NCBI GenBank assembly: GCA_963772725.1
Contig: CAVYYI010000005.1
Span: 1 to 64,000 of the forward strand
DNA from: an uncultured Phycisphaerales bacterium
Lineage (GTDB): Bacteria; Planctomycetota; Phycisphaerae; Sedimentisphaerales; Anaerobacaceae
Direction of reading: 5' to 3'
DNA length: 64,000 nucleotides
The translations under genes and the position numbers were made by a program. Position 1 is the first letter of the stretch. Every line of letters begins with the position of its first letter. The notes under the pieces were generated by a model, which searched no databases, was not told the origin of the DNA, and saw nothing but the letters and a program-made list of their open reading frames with translations. This document shows positions 11,209-20,513 of the stretch, in pieces.

Positions 11209-12239
11209 TCATCTATCCGACCAGCCGACCTTGTGCGAATACTTAATCAGTAATACAAGAAAGAACGGCCCGCCGGCAATTGCGGTAACTACGCCCACCG
11301 GCAGTTGTGCAGGAGCGATGATGACCCGCCCGAGCGTATCAGCAGCAACTAAAAGCCCAGCGCCGGCGATGGCACTTAAAGGGATTAGCTGGCGATGGTC
11401 CGGTCCGAAGGCTATTCTTATCGCATGCGGAATAATCAATCCAACAAATCCTATCAGGCCGCTCATGCTGACCGCGATTGCGGTAATAAACGCTGCGACC
11501 GCAAATGCCGCCGTCTCAATCCGCTTGATATTTATGCCCATACTCCGGGCGTCTTCCTGCCCGAAGCTGATGGCGTTTAACTGCGGCGCCATAAAAAATA
11601 ACCCCGCCACTCCCGCGACTACGCAGCCGCCCCCGAACCACAGAACGCTCCAGCTTTCCTCCGCCATATTGCCCATCAGCCAGAACACTGTCGAATAAAG
11701 CTGCTGACTTTTCGATATCGACACAAGAAACATAATCATCGCCGAGAAAAACGCGTTCACCACAACACCAGCCAGCAGGAGTCCCGTAACATTATTTCTG
11801 CCGGTCATCCTTCCGATAATCCAGACCAGCCACACCGTCCCCAGGCGCCTGCAAACGCGAAGACCGCTATCGGCGAGCGGCCCCAAAACGTCCAGGCAAA
11901 TCCGCTGAGAACCGCCGCGATTGTCCCCAGACCAGCGCCGCTTGATATTCCGAGTATATAAGGGTCCGCCAGAGGATTGCGCAGCAGGCCCTGAAAGACG
12001 ACACCCGAACATGCCAGCGCCGCTCCGACAATAGCCGCTAAAATAATTCGCGGCACCCTTACCCACACGAATATTTCATAAGACGGATTAACCGAAGTGC
12101 CGCTGCTTGCGCCCTGTGTTATCACCTTTAGAGAAACACTTTCGCTTCCCGCCAGCGAGCAAAGAATCATCACTGTCGCCAGCAACGCCAAGGCGATTAC
12201 AATCCTGAAAACAAGTTTTTTCGCTGTAAGTAATTCCAT
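11209..12239 (-). CDS. FecCD/BtuC-family ABC permease, frameshift near 11845
   Basis: [24 protein letters not shown] in one frame; [27 protein letters not shown] in the other. Confidence 0.88.
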
Positions 12240-12312
12240 TCTTAGTTATCACCCCCGATTTATCGGGGGGTTGTTTTAATCCGCGTTTAAAATATTTTTC
12301 AAATTTTGTACA

Positions 12313-12379
12313 TTGTCATTCCCGCGAAAGCGGGAATCCACTTCTCTGAAATGGATACCTGCTTTCGCAGGTATGACAA
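12313..12379. repeat. REP-like palindromic element (GTCATTCCCGCGAAAGCGGGAATCC type)
   Basis: TTGTCATTCCCGCGAAAGCGGGAATCCA...TGGATACCTGCTTTCGCAGGTATGACAA; half copy at 28521-28548. Confidence 0.8.
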
Positions 12380-12496
12380 GTCGAATCGGTCAGTTAGGTT
12401 TATTAGTCTAACGGTTACCCGATATTTTGCAAGTCTCATTAATTTGGTTTGTTTAAATGAGGAATGTGCATTTTTGGGACATTGCACGAATTGCTG

Positions 12497-12889
12497 CTAA
12501 TTGTTCTCAGTCAACAAATCCATAAGAAGATAAACCGCAAATCCAAACGCAAAGGTCAGGATTAAAGTAAATCCCCAATCGTTGTAAAAATCTGCCGTTA
12601 TAATTTCGCAGGTTTTGGTAATCAGCACATTAAATTCTTTTGCTGCAATATGCACAATATGCGGAAAAAATAGCAACATGATAACCGGCACGAGAACCAA
12701 TATTATGCAGCTTGCAAGAGCGAATCTTTCCTGCATAATCACACGTGCTAAAATCTGCCTTTCTTCGGTTTGTCGTATATGTTTTAATGCCCTATTTACG
12801 AAATTTTCCGGCACAGGCTGGCGATAACTTTTCAATACCGACCTCAGCGTTTTATCGAAATTATTATCATTTTGTGAGTTAGCCTGCAT
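12497..12889 (-). CDS. Putative membrane anti-sigma factor
   Basis: Overlaps sigma stop; PVPENFVNR motif then two TM helices. Confidence 0.72.
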   Translation of the reverse strand: MQANSQNDNNFDKTLRSVLKSYRQPVPENFVNRALKHIRQTEERQILARVIMQERFALASCIILVLVPVIMLLFFPHIVHIAAKEFNVLITKTCEIITADFYNDWGFTLILTFAFGFAVYLLMDLLTENN

Positions 12890-13472
12890 AAGTATCTTCT
12901 CCAACAAAATCTGCCAAAAGCTCTTTTAATATCTTTCGGCCTCTGAATAAATAGGTTTTAATCGTATTTTTGCGTATTTTCATAATTTTCGCGATTTCAT
13001 CGACACTTTTTTCTTCCCTGTAAAATAACACAATCGCAAGTGACCAGAGTTTGGGCAATTTCCCGACAGCCTGCCATATCAGTTCAACCTGCTCTTTGTC
13101 TTCCAATGAGTTTATTGCCTGCTCGCTTTTTGGGTCGGCAGTTTGCGTATCAGGTATTTCTGTCAATTCCCGCTGCCTCTTATTTTTTCGCAAATAGCTT
13201 ATACTTTTATAACAAGTTATTTTCCATAGCCACGTACTAATTTCTGCCTGTCCCCTGAACTTGTTAAGCCCTTTATAAGCTGCCCAAAATGTTTCGATTG
13301 CCACATCTTCTGCCTCGTCATCTTTTAGCCCAAGTGTATGGCAGCACAAAAAGACCATCTCCTTATATTTATCGACGAACTCAGCGAATGCACGGTGGTC
13401 CCCAGCAGATAAACTGCTAACCCAGCCTTCGTTTAAGTTTTTGTTCAAATCGTCTTTCAAAAAGGTCTCCAT
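12879..13472 (-). CDS. ECF sigma-70 factor (SigW-like)
   Basis: GD..AF..FVDKY, AEDVA.ETF, ISTWLWKI, EIA....NTIKTYLFRGR. Confidence 0.92.
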   Translation of the reverse strand: METFLKDDLNKNLNEGWVSSLSAGDHRAFAEFVDKYKEMVFLCCHTLGLKDDEAEDVAIETFWAAYKGLNKFRGQAEISTWLWKITCYKSISYLRKNKRQRELTEIPDTQTADPKSEQAINSLEDKEQVELIWQAVGKLPKLWSLAIVLFYREEKSVDEIAKIMKIRKNTIKTYLFRGRKILKELLADFVGEDTYAG

Positions 13473-13479
13473 CTCCCTG

Positions 13480-13546
13480 TTAGTCGCATAAATAGCTTGA
13501 AAAGTTTCATTTTTTTTGAAACCTTATATATATGAAATGCGACTAA
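13480..13546. promoter_or_regulatory. Two divergent ECF-type promoters TGAAAC-N14-ATGCGACTAA
   Basis: Plus copy 13517-13546, minus copy 13509-13480; identical boxes and spacing. Confidence 0.8.
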
Positions 13547-13597
13547 TTATATGAAGGCTGAATCTTGTGTTCAAGAATAACTTTAATTTAAACATAA

Positions 13598-14014
13598 ATG
13601 AAAGGGCTGAAAATGAGTAATTCCGATGTTATTGTATTTGTGTTTATATTTTGGGTAGTAGTTCTTGTTTGTGCACTTACATATTTTTATCTGCAACTCA
13701 AACATAAAGAAATTATGGCTGCTATTGATAAGGGAGTGCCTCTTTCAGGATTAAGACCTCCCAAGCCGGTCGGCCCTGCGGGCATAAAAAGCTTAACAGG
13801 AGGAATTGCCTTGCTTATCATTTCTTTACCGTTACTTTTCGAGTCCTTTCAATCATTTTTTCAGGGAGGTTCCATATCGACAAGAACGTTGTTTATTGGA
13901 GGACTCTTTTTTGGTTTAGGCACAGCTTCTTTCGTCCGCGGCTTATTATTGCGAAAATATCAAAAGGAACATAATTCAGATAATTCCAAAGATAATAATT
14001 GCGGCAAACCATAA
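13598..14014 (+). CDS. DUF6249-like small membrane protein
   Basis: TM-HKEIMAAIDKG-TM-TM layout; divergent from the ECF sigma gene. Confidence 0.72.
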   Translation: MKGLKMSNSDVIVFVFIFWVVVLVCALTYFYLQLKHKEIMAAIDKGVPLSGLRPPKPVGPAGIKSLTGGIALLIISLPLLFESFQSFFQGGSISTRTLFIGGLFFGLGTASFVRGLLLRKYQKEHNSDNSKDNNCGKP

Positions 14015-14074
14015 TCGGTAATCTAAAATCCTTTTTTGTCTTTTTGTGCCTGCTTTATTTTTTAAAACTTTCTT

Positions 14075-14154
14075 TTCTCTGTGCCCTCTGTGGCTTAATC
14101 ATTTTGGATTTACGATAAAAAAATCTCCGCGTCCTCTGCGAACTCTGCGGTTAA
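14075..14154. repeat. Palindromic-family repeat arms (CTCTGTG/CTCTGCG units)
   Basis: CTCTGTGCCCTCTGTGGCTTAA and CTCCGCGTCCTCTGCGAACTCTGCGGTTAA. Confidence 0.55.
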
Positions 14155-15065
14155 TTTGATTTCGAATTTTCAAATAACTCCGGACTCAGGCACTTTGCTA
14201 TCGTTTCGACTCCCTGGGGTACGCGAGGGCCGGGCTGTGAAATTGTATCATCATCCACGATATAAATCCTCTTATTTTTCACCGCGGGCAGATTTACAAA
14301 CCGGCTCCAATACGATAATGCCTTTTTTTGCAAAGCGGCTGTGTCTTTTTCGCCCATCGCGGGCTGGATTATCACATCCGTTCCGCTGGCGATTATCTGC
14401 TCTCCGCCTATGGGCGGATATTTGTATATCGTCGGGCCTATCGCGTTTTCTCCGCCGGCCATCTCTATCATCTCATTAATAAACGTGTCCCTTCCCGCCA
14501 CACGCAGAGGCTCAGCCTGCACGATATAAAGAACCTTAACCTTATCTTTTTTAGCACGCACCTTGGCTGAAAGTTCGTCCAGTTGACTCTTAATATCTGC
14601 CGCTAATTTATCAGCCCGCTCCTGCGTGCCTGACGCCTCGCCTATCGTTTTAATCGCCGCGAAAAGCTCACTTATCTTATTATCAACGTCAACACTTAAA
14701 GTTTGATAACCTATTCTTTTTAGACGCTCGGCCATATTTCTCTGCTGCTGAAAACCAAGCGTAATTATAAGGTCAGGCCTGGCGCCTATTACCGCCTCGA
14801 TATTCATCTGCCAGAAATCACCAATCTTCGGTTTTTCCGCTGCTTCAGCGGGAAAATTACTGGCTAACGGAACACCCGCGACATTTTTACCTAACCCCAA
14901 TGCGAAGAGTATCTCCGTAACATTTGGTGCGGTTGAAACAATTCTTTGAAACGGATTAACCATCACCGCACAAGCCTTATTTCCCCTCCGCTGTTCCCCG
15001 AACAATGCCAGTCCCGCGAACGCCCAGCAAAAAACTATCAGAATCAGCAACAGCCATTTATTCAT
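14151..15065 (-). CDS. BtuF-like cobalamin/iron-chelate binding protein
   Basis: RIVSTAPNVTEILFALG, NIEAV...PDL, PAVKNKRIY, QPGPR; start overlaps mutL stop. Confidence 0.88.
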   Translation of the reverse strand: MNKWLLLILIVFCWAFAGLALFGEQRRGNKACAVMVNPFQRIVSTAPNVTEILFALGLGKNVAGVPLASNFPAEAAEKPKIGDFWQMNIEAVIGARPDLIITLGFQQQRNMAERLKRIGYQTLSVDVDNKISELFAAIKTIGEASGTQERADKLAADIKSQLDELSAKVRAKKDKVKVLYIVQAEPLRVAGRDTFINEMIEMAGGENAIGPTIYKYPPIGGEQIIASGTDVIIQPAMGEKDTAALQKKALSYWSRFVNLPAVKNKRIYIVDDDTISQPGPRVPQGVETIAKCLSPELFENSKSN

Positions 15066-16819
15066 CAGGTTCTCTTGAATTGTTTTTCCAGTTCAGCGAT
15101 TGAAAATTTTATCGTCGTGGGTCTGCCGTGCGGACAACGGCTCGAGTACTCCGTATATTGCTTGTCCGCCAGAAGCTGTTCTATTTCCTTGTCGTTTAAT
15201 TTTTGTCCAGCCTTGATAGCCGCCTTGCACGCCGCCAGGTGCAGCACTTCATCGAGCAGTCTTTCCGCGTCTATGCTGATTTCCTTGTCAGTCAGCAGGT
15301 TTGCCAAATCCCGCATAAACTCTGTTAACGACGCTTTCGACAAAAGCATTGGGAATGAGTTTATCGCATAAGTCCTGGGGCCGAAAGGCTCGACCTGGAT
15401 TCCAAGCTTATCCATAAGCTCCGCGTTATCTTTTATCGCGTCCGCTTCTCGCTCGTTCACCTCTAAACTTTCAGGTATCAGCAATCTCTGCGATTCGAGT
15501 TTGCCTGCAGCGACTCGCCTTTTCAAATCCTCGTACATTATCCGCTCGTGAAGAGCATGCTGGTCGATAATCACAAATCCGTCGTTGGTCTCGGCGACTA
15601 TGAAACTTTCGTGTATCTGGAGATATCTTTTATCGTTTGCGACACTGGGCATTACAAACTGTGTGGGCCTTTCGGCAGGGGGGGAAAATTTGCCCGACGA
15701 TGGCGCAGAGCGAAAACCAAAATGCTGCTGCGGTGCGGCTGGCTGATGCTTTTTGAAAAATTCCGCCATCGCTTCTCTGATTTGCTGGCTGTTCTGATTT
15801 TGTGCGGGCATCTTTACCGCGACATCAAGATTCGTCCCCAGAAGTTTTTCACGAAGACACGACAAAATCTGTGAATGAACAAGATTAGCGTTATAAAAAC
15901 GCACCTCAATTTTCGTCGGATGCACATTCACATCGAACTCCTCGAAAGGCATCTCGATAAACAAAAACACCACGCCGTACCTGTTGGCTTCCAGAGAACC
16001 GTGATAGGCCTCTTTGAGTGCATGCGAAATGAACTTATCCCGGATAAACCTGCCGTTCAAAAATACATATTGAAACTTATTGTCCGTCTTTGCTATATCG
16101 GGGTTGCCCAGAATCGCGAAAATCTTCATCCCTTTTTCATTTGATTGCGTTTCAATTAAACTGTCAGCTATTTCCGTCGAAAAAAGTTCCGCTATCCGCC
16201 GCCGAATACCATCCTTGCCGCTAAGACGGTAAAGTTCCCTCGTATTATGTATCAGCACCATATCGATAGTACCGTTCGCAAGTGCGATACGCGTAAAAAC
16301 CTCGGTAATATGCCCCATCTCGGTATTGGCGGTCTTGAGAAATTTCCGCCTGGCCGGCAGCTTGTAAAAAATGTCCCTGACCTCAATCGTTGTTCCGTAA
16401 TCCGCGCTGCAGGGGCCTACCGTTTTTCTGTTTCCGCAGTCGATTTCAATTACATTGCCGCCGGGAGAATCTTTCGTCCTGCTGACAGCCTTAACCAGCG
16501 CAACCGACGCGATACTCGCCAGAGCCTCACCCCTGAAACCCAGCGTTGAAATCTTATGCAAATCATCCGCTGTTTTTATTTTACTTGTCGCGTGCGGCTC
16601 AAACGCCCTGGTTAAATCCTCCGCGTCCATTCCCGCGCCGTCATCGGATACCGATATAAGTTTCCTGCCCCCATCCTCTATTGTTACCGTTATTTTTTTC
16701 GCCCCAGCGTCAATGCTGTTTTCCATAAGTTCCTTGACCACGCTCGCCGGCCGCTCAATTACCTCGCCCGCCGCTATCATATTTATCATATTCTGGTCAA
16801 GTACTTTTATCTGTCCCAT
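15065..16819 (-). CDS. mutL: DNA mismatch repair endonuclease MutL
   Basis: IAAGEVIERPASVVKEL.EN, GFRGEAL, DQHALHER, ACKAAIK, CPHGRP. Confidence 0.97.
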   Translation of the reverse strand: MGQIKVLDQNMINMIAAGEVIERPASVVKELMENSIDAGAKKITVTIEDGGRKLISVSDDGAGMDAEDLTRAFEPHATSKIKTADDLHKISTLGFRGEALASIASVALVKAVSRTKDSPGGNVIEIDCGNRKTVGPCSADYGTTIEVRDIFYKLPARRKFLKTANTEMGHITEVFTRIALANGTIDMVLIHNTRELYRLSGKDGIRRRIAELFSTEIADSLIETQSNEKGMKIFAILGNPDIAKTDNKFQYVFLNGRFIRDKFISHALKEAYHGSLEANRYGVVFLFIEMPFEEFDVNVHPTKIEVRFYNANLVHSQILSCLREKLLGTNLDVAVKMPAQNQNSQQIREAMAEFFKKHQPAAPQQHFGFRSAPSSGKFSPPAERPTQFVMPSVANDKRYLQIHESFIVAETNDGFVIIDQHALHERIMYEDLKRRVAAGKLESQRLLIPESLEVNEREADAIKDNAELMDKLGIQVEPFGPRTYAINSFPMLLSKASLTEFMRDLANLLTDKEISIDAERLLDEVLHLAACKAAIKAGQKLNDKEIEQLLADKQYTEYSSRCPHGRPTTIKFSIAELEKQFKRT

Positions 16820-16875
16820 GGTTATTTTATTACTCGTGGTAAAAGTTTGTTAATACTTCAGCGAAGCAGAGCAAA

Positions 16876-17052
16876 TTATTTGCCTCTGGCGAGTTTCAGC
16901 GCCTCTTTTGCGGAAACACGGCAGGCTTTGCCGTTACGGTTTATAATAACGTACTGGCCGAGCAGTGCTTTTCGCCGAAACTCTTCCTGCACAGCTTCTT
17001 GAAGACATTTGCCAGCTTGCGCTGCCATTTTACTAATTTTTTTTGTAGTCAT
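16876..17052 (-). CDS. 58-aa basic protein not in the ORF track, partner of the zeta-like ATPase
   Basis: Manual translation MTTKKISKMAAQAGKCLQEAVQEEFRRKALLGQYVIINRNGKACRVSAKEALKLARGK*; overlaps the ATPase 3' end. Confidence 0.72.
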   Translation of the reverse strand: MTTKKISKMAAQAGKCLQEAVQEEFRRKALLGQYVIINRNGKACRVSAKEALKLARGK

Positions 17053-17629
17053 CTGACCACCTCAAAATTTTATCATATATATTTTGAATAAAAATATGTA
17101 GGTTTTTACTGTCCTGTTCAAAAACAGGAACGGGCATTGATTCAGAGTTATCATAACAAACAACTTTGTCGCATAGAGGAATATAGATATTAACGAGATT
17201 GTGCATTATGCGAGGATAGCGGCGGTAGATTGCGTCATCGGGTATGTTATGTCCGCCGTGTTCGACGCGTTCGCGAATTCGTTTTTTTGAAAAATCCGCA
17301 TCAGGAATCCACAGGAAAAATAAAACAATTCGCCAGCCGTCCTGCCTGAGCTGCTTTAAAAGATTAATTTGACTATGGCCGGCCAATGTGGTCTCGAAAG
17401 CGAAATCGACTTTCTTTTTAATATTTGCATAAACTTCGTTGAGGAAGAGTCTGCCAGCTTCATATTGAGCCGACAAAGAGTCAAAAGGGGAAAGACCATA
17501 AGCGATAAGGTCAGCATTGACAAAGTTGCGGCAACCCGCTATCTGAGGCAAATAACGTAATGCGAATGTAGTTTTTCCTGCACCGTTCGGGCCCGCAATG
17601 ATAAAACAAGTTGGTTGTTTTTTCCCCAT
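17033..17629 (-). CDS. Zeta-toxin-like / COG4185-type P-loop ATPase
   Basis: IIAGPNGAGKTT, FVNADLIA, FAFETTL, RV..GGHNIP. Confidence 0.88.
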   Translation of the reverse strand: MGKKQPTCFIIAGPNGAGKTTFALRYLPQIAGCRNFVNADLIAYGLSPFDSLSAQYEAGRLFLNEVYANIKKKVDFAFETTLAGHSQINLLKQLRQDGWRIVLFFLWIPDADFSKKRIRERVEHGGHNIPDDAIYRRYPRIMHNLVNIYIPLCDKVVCYDNSESMPVPVFEQDSKNLHIFIQNIYDKILRWSDDYKKN

Positions 17630-19210
17630 TATTCTATAAGGCTTTTTCCGGTCATTTCGCCTGGCTGGGGAAGCTGCATCATTTCGAGCAGCGTTGGGGC
17701 GATGTCAGCCAATCTGCCGCCCTGGCGAAGCTTTCTGCCTTTGTACCGCTCATCGAAAACAATCAGCGGCACATCGCCGGTAGTATGGCTTGTGAAAGGC
17801 TGATCAGACGCGATATCCCACATCTTCTCAAAGTTGCCGTGGTCAGCGGTTATTATCGCCGCACCGCCCATGCTTTTTACCTTATCCAGAATCTTCCCGA
17901 CGCACTGGTCAACCGTTTCCGCCGCTGTTACCGCCGCCGACAATATGCCCGTATGCCCCACCATATCGGGATTGGCGAAATTCACGACCACAACGCTATA
18001 CTTATTCGTTTCCAGCCTTTCAAGCACGACCTCGCCTACCTCATAAGCGCTCATTTCAGGCTTTAAATCGTAAGTCCGCACTCGCGGTGAAGGCACAATC
18101 TGCCTGTCCTCGCCCTCGAATGGTTTTTCGGTGTAATCATTGAAAAAAAATGTAACGTGCGCGTATTTTTCCGTCTCGGCGCAGCGGAACTGTTTAAGAC
18201 CAAGCGAACCCAGATACGCGCCGAGAATATTTTTCATTTTCGGAGGTTTTGGAAACGCCACAGGCGCAGGTATCGTCGTATCGTATTCGGTCAGGCACAC
18301 GAAATAAATATTCGCCGGCGCCATCCGGTTGAATTCCTTAAAGTCCGGTATGACAAATGCCCGCGTGATTTCCCGCGTCCTGTCACCCCGGAAATTAAAG
18401 AAAATAATGCCGTCCCCGTCATTTACCATCGCTATCGGCTCATTATCAGCGTTGACAATGCACGTCGGTTCGATAAATTCGTCCGTCACGCCTTTTTCAT
18501 AACTCTTCGCTATCGCCTCGGCGGCGTTTGGAGCCTTATTACCCTTACCCAGCCGCAAACATTCATAGGCCTTTTGCACGCGGTCCCAGCGGCTGTCTCT
18601 GTCCATCGCGTAAAATCTGCCCATTACCTGAGCCGATTTTACCCACGCCGATTTCGGCGGCTTTTTTCTCGATATCGGCGATATAGCCCGCGCCGCTGTC
18701 GGGCGGCGAATCGCGGCCATCGGTAAAAGCGTGAATAAAAACATCTTTGACGCTGTTTCTTTTCGCCAGCTCAAGCAGGCCGTAAAGATGGTCGAGGAGG
18801 GAATGCACGCCGATATCGCTGCATAGGCCCATCAGGTGTATTTTGCCTTTATTTTTCTTTCACGAAGTTGATCAGGTTCAAGAATTCTTTGTTCTCAAAA
18901 AATGACCCGTCTTCGATGTGCATGGCTGATTCGTGACGGATTCCTGGGGGACGATTCTGCCCGCCCCGATATTCTGATGTCCAACTTCGCTGTTGCCCAT
19001 AGTGCCTTCCGGAAGCCCGACGTCACGGCCGCTGGTGTGAACAATACAGTTGGAATATTGGCTCATCAGCATATCATTAACGGGGGTATTGGCGCATTTG
19101 ATTGCGTTATACTTATCATCAGCCGAATCGGGGTTATAGCCCCATCCATCGCGGATTATCAGCACAAACGGCTTATCTATCTTAGCCGGGATTTCTTTCT
19201 GTTTCGCCAT
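17629..19210 (-). CDS. gpmI: 2,3-BPG-independent phosphoglycerate mutase, several frameshifts about 18620-18940
   Basis: [68 protein letters not shown] across three frames. Confidence 0.92.
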
Positions 19211-19314
19211 AAAAACCGATACCTTTCATTAAATCTGCGTATAAATTATTATCCAAAGTGAGCCTGATAGTATAGCGGTTTATGCCATAAAGGCAAGTTA
19301 GTTGTTTTCCTGAC

Positions 19315-19344
19315 TTGACAGTTTTGCAGATTTTGGCGTATCAT
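19315..19344 (+). promoter_or_regulatory. sigma70 promoter for dxr-rseP
   Basis: TTGACA-18 nt-TATCAT, 9 nt before ATG. Confidence 0.55.
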
Positions 19345-19353
19345 TAGGGAACA

Positions 19354-20513
19354 ATGGTAAAACGAATAGCAATACTTGGTTCGACGGGTTCGATAGGCAG
19401 AAATGCGCTGCGGGTAATCGAAGGGCTGGGGCCGGATTTTCAGGTAACGGCTCTTAGTGCCAACAGCAAGGTGGAGCTGCTTAGCGAACAGGTGAAGCAA
19501 TATAAGCCTAAATACGTCGCTATAACGGGGGATGGTTATTCGGCTAAACTTGGAAAACTGCTGAAAGATAGCAATGTTGAAATTCTTAGCGGCGCGGAAA
19601 GTCTGACTCAAATAGCTGAGCTTGATGAGGTGGATGTTGTGCTTACGGCGATTGTGGGGGCAGCGGGTTTGCCGGCGGTGCTGGCGGCTGCGAAAAAAGG
19701 CAAGACGCTGGCTATCGCGAATAAGGAGCCTTTAGTTATCGCGGGTGAGTTGCTGATGAAAACGGCGAGAGAGAATAACGCGACTATTTTGCCGGTTGAC
19801 AGCGAACATTCGGCGATTTTTCAGGCATTCAGGCGGGCAGGCATAATGAGATTAGTAAAATCATTTTAACTACTTCGGGCGGGCCTTTCAGGCTGCTCGA
19901 GCGGCGGGATTTGGAAAAGGTTACGCGAGAGCAGGCTTTGGACCATCCGGTATGGAATATGGGGCCTAAAATCACGATTGATTCGGCGACTATGATGAAT
20001 AAGGCTTTGGAGATTATCGAGGCGAGGTGGCTTTTTGACGTACCGGCCGAAAAAATAGAAGTTTTGGTGCATCCTGAGTCGATAATTCATTCATTGGTAG
20101 AGTTCGTGGACGGTTCAATAATCGCTCAGTTGGGTACGCCCGATATGTGCCTGCCGATACAGTATGCGCTGACCTGGCCTGAACGGAGAAAGGGCGTGGC
20201 AAAACATTTGAGTCTTGAAAAGCTGGGCAGGCTTACTTTCGCCAAGCCGAACTTTGAGACTTTTCGCGCATTGACGCTGGGTTTCGAGGTGGCCCGAACG
20301 AGCGGTACGGCGGCGGTTGTTTTTAACGCGGCAAACGAAGCGGCGGTCGAACTTTTTCTGGCAGAAAAAATAAAATTTGTTAATATAGTAGAGTTAATCG
20401 AGCATTGCTTAAATAAACATAGTTTCAAGGGTACTCTGACGCTGGAACACTTACTCCAGGCGGATGCCTGGGCAAGAAAAGAGGTTGTTCAATGTCTGAA
20501 CCAAAAGGTTTAG
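19354..20513 (+). CDS. dxr: 1-deoxy-D-xylulose-5-phosphate reductoisomerase, frameshift near 19829
   Basis: ILGSTGSIG, LAIANKE, PVDSEHSAIFQ, SGGPFR, HPVWNMGPKITIDSATMMNKALE. Confidence 0.95.

Noticed and set aside
12392..12412. GTTAG-N10-CTAAC as a third DtxR box
   Set aside because: Spacer is 10 nt rather than 6 nt.
12240..12496. Cobalamin riboswitch before the ABC permease
   Set aside because: No B12-box or GCCACTG core; the GGGAA belongs to the REP-like palindrome.
12299..12500. Short ORFs with WIPAFAGMT / VIPAKAGI, and RLLRFAHND at 52875-53156
   Set aside because: Translations of palindromic repeats, not genes.
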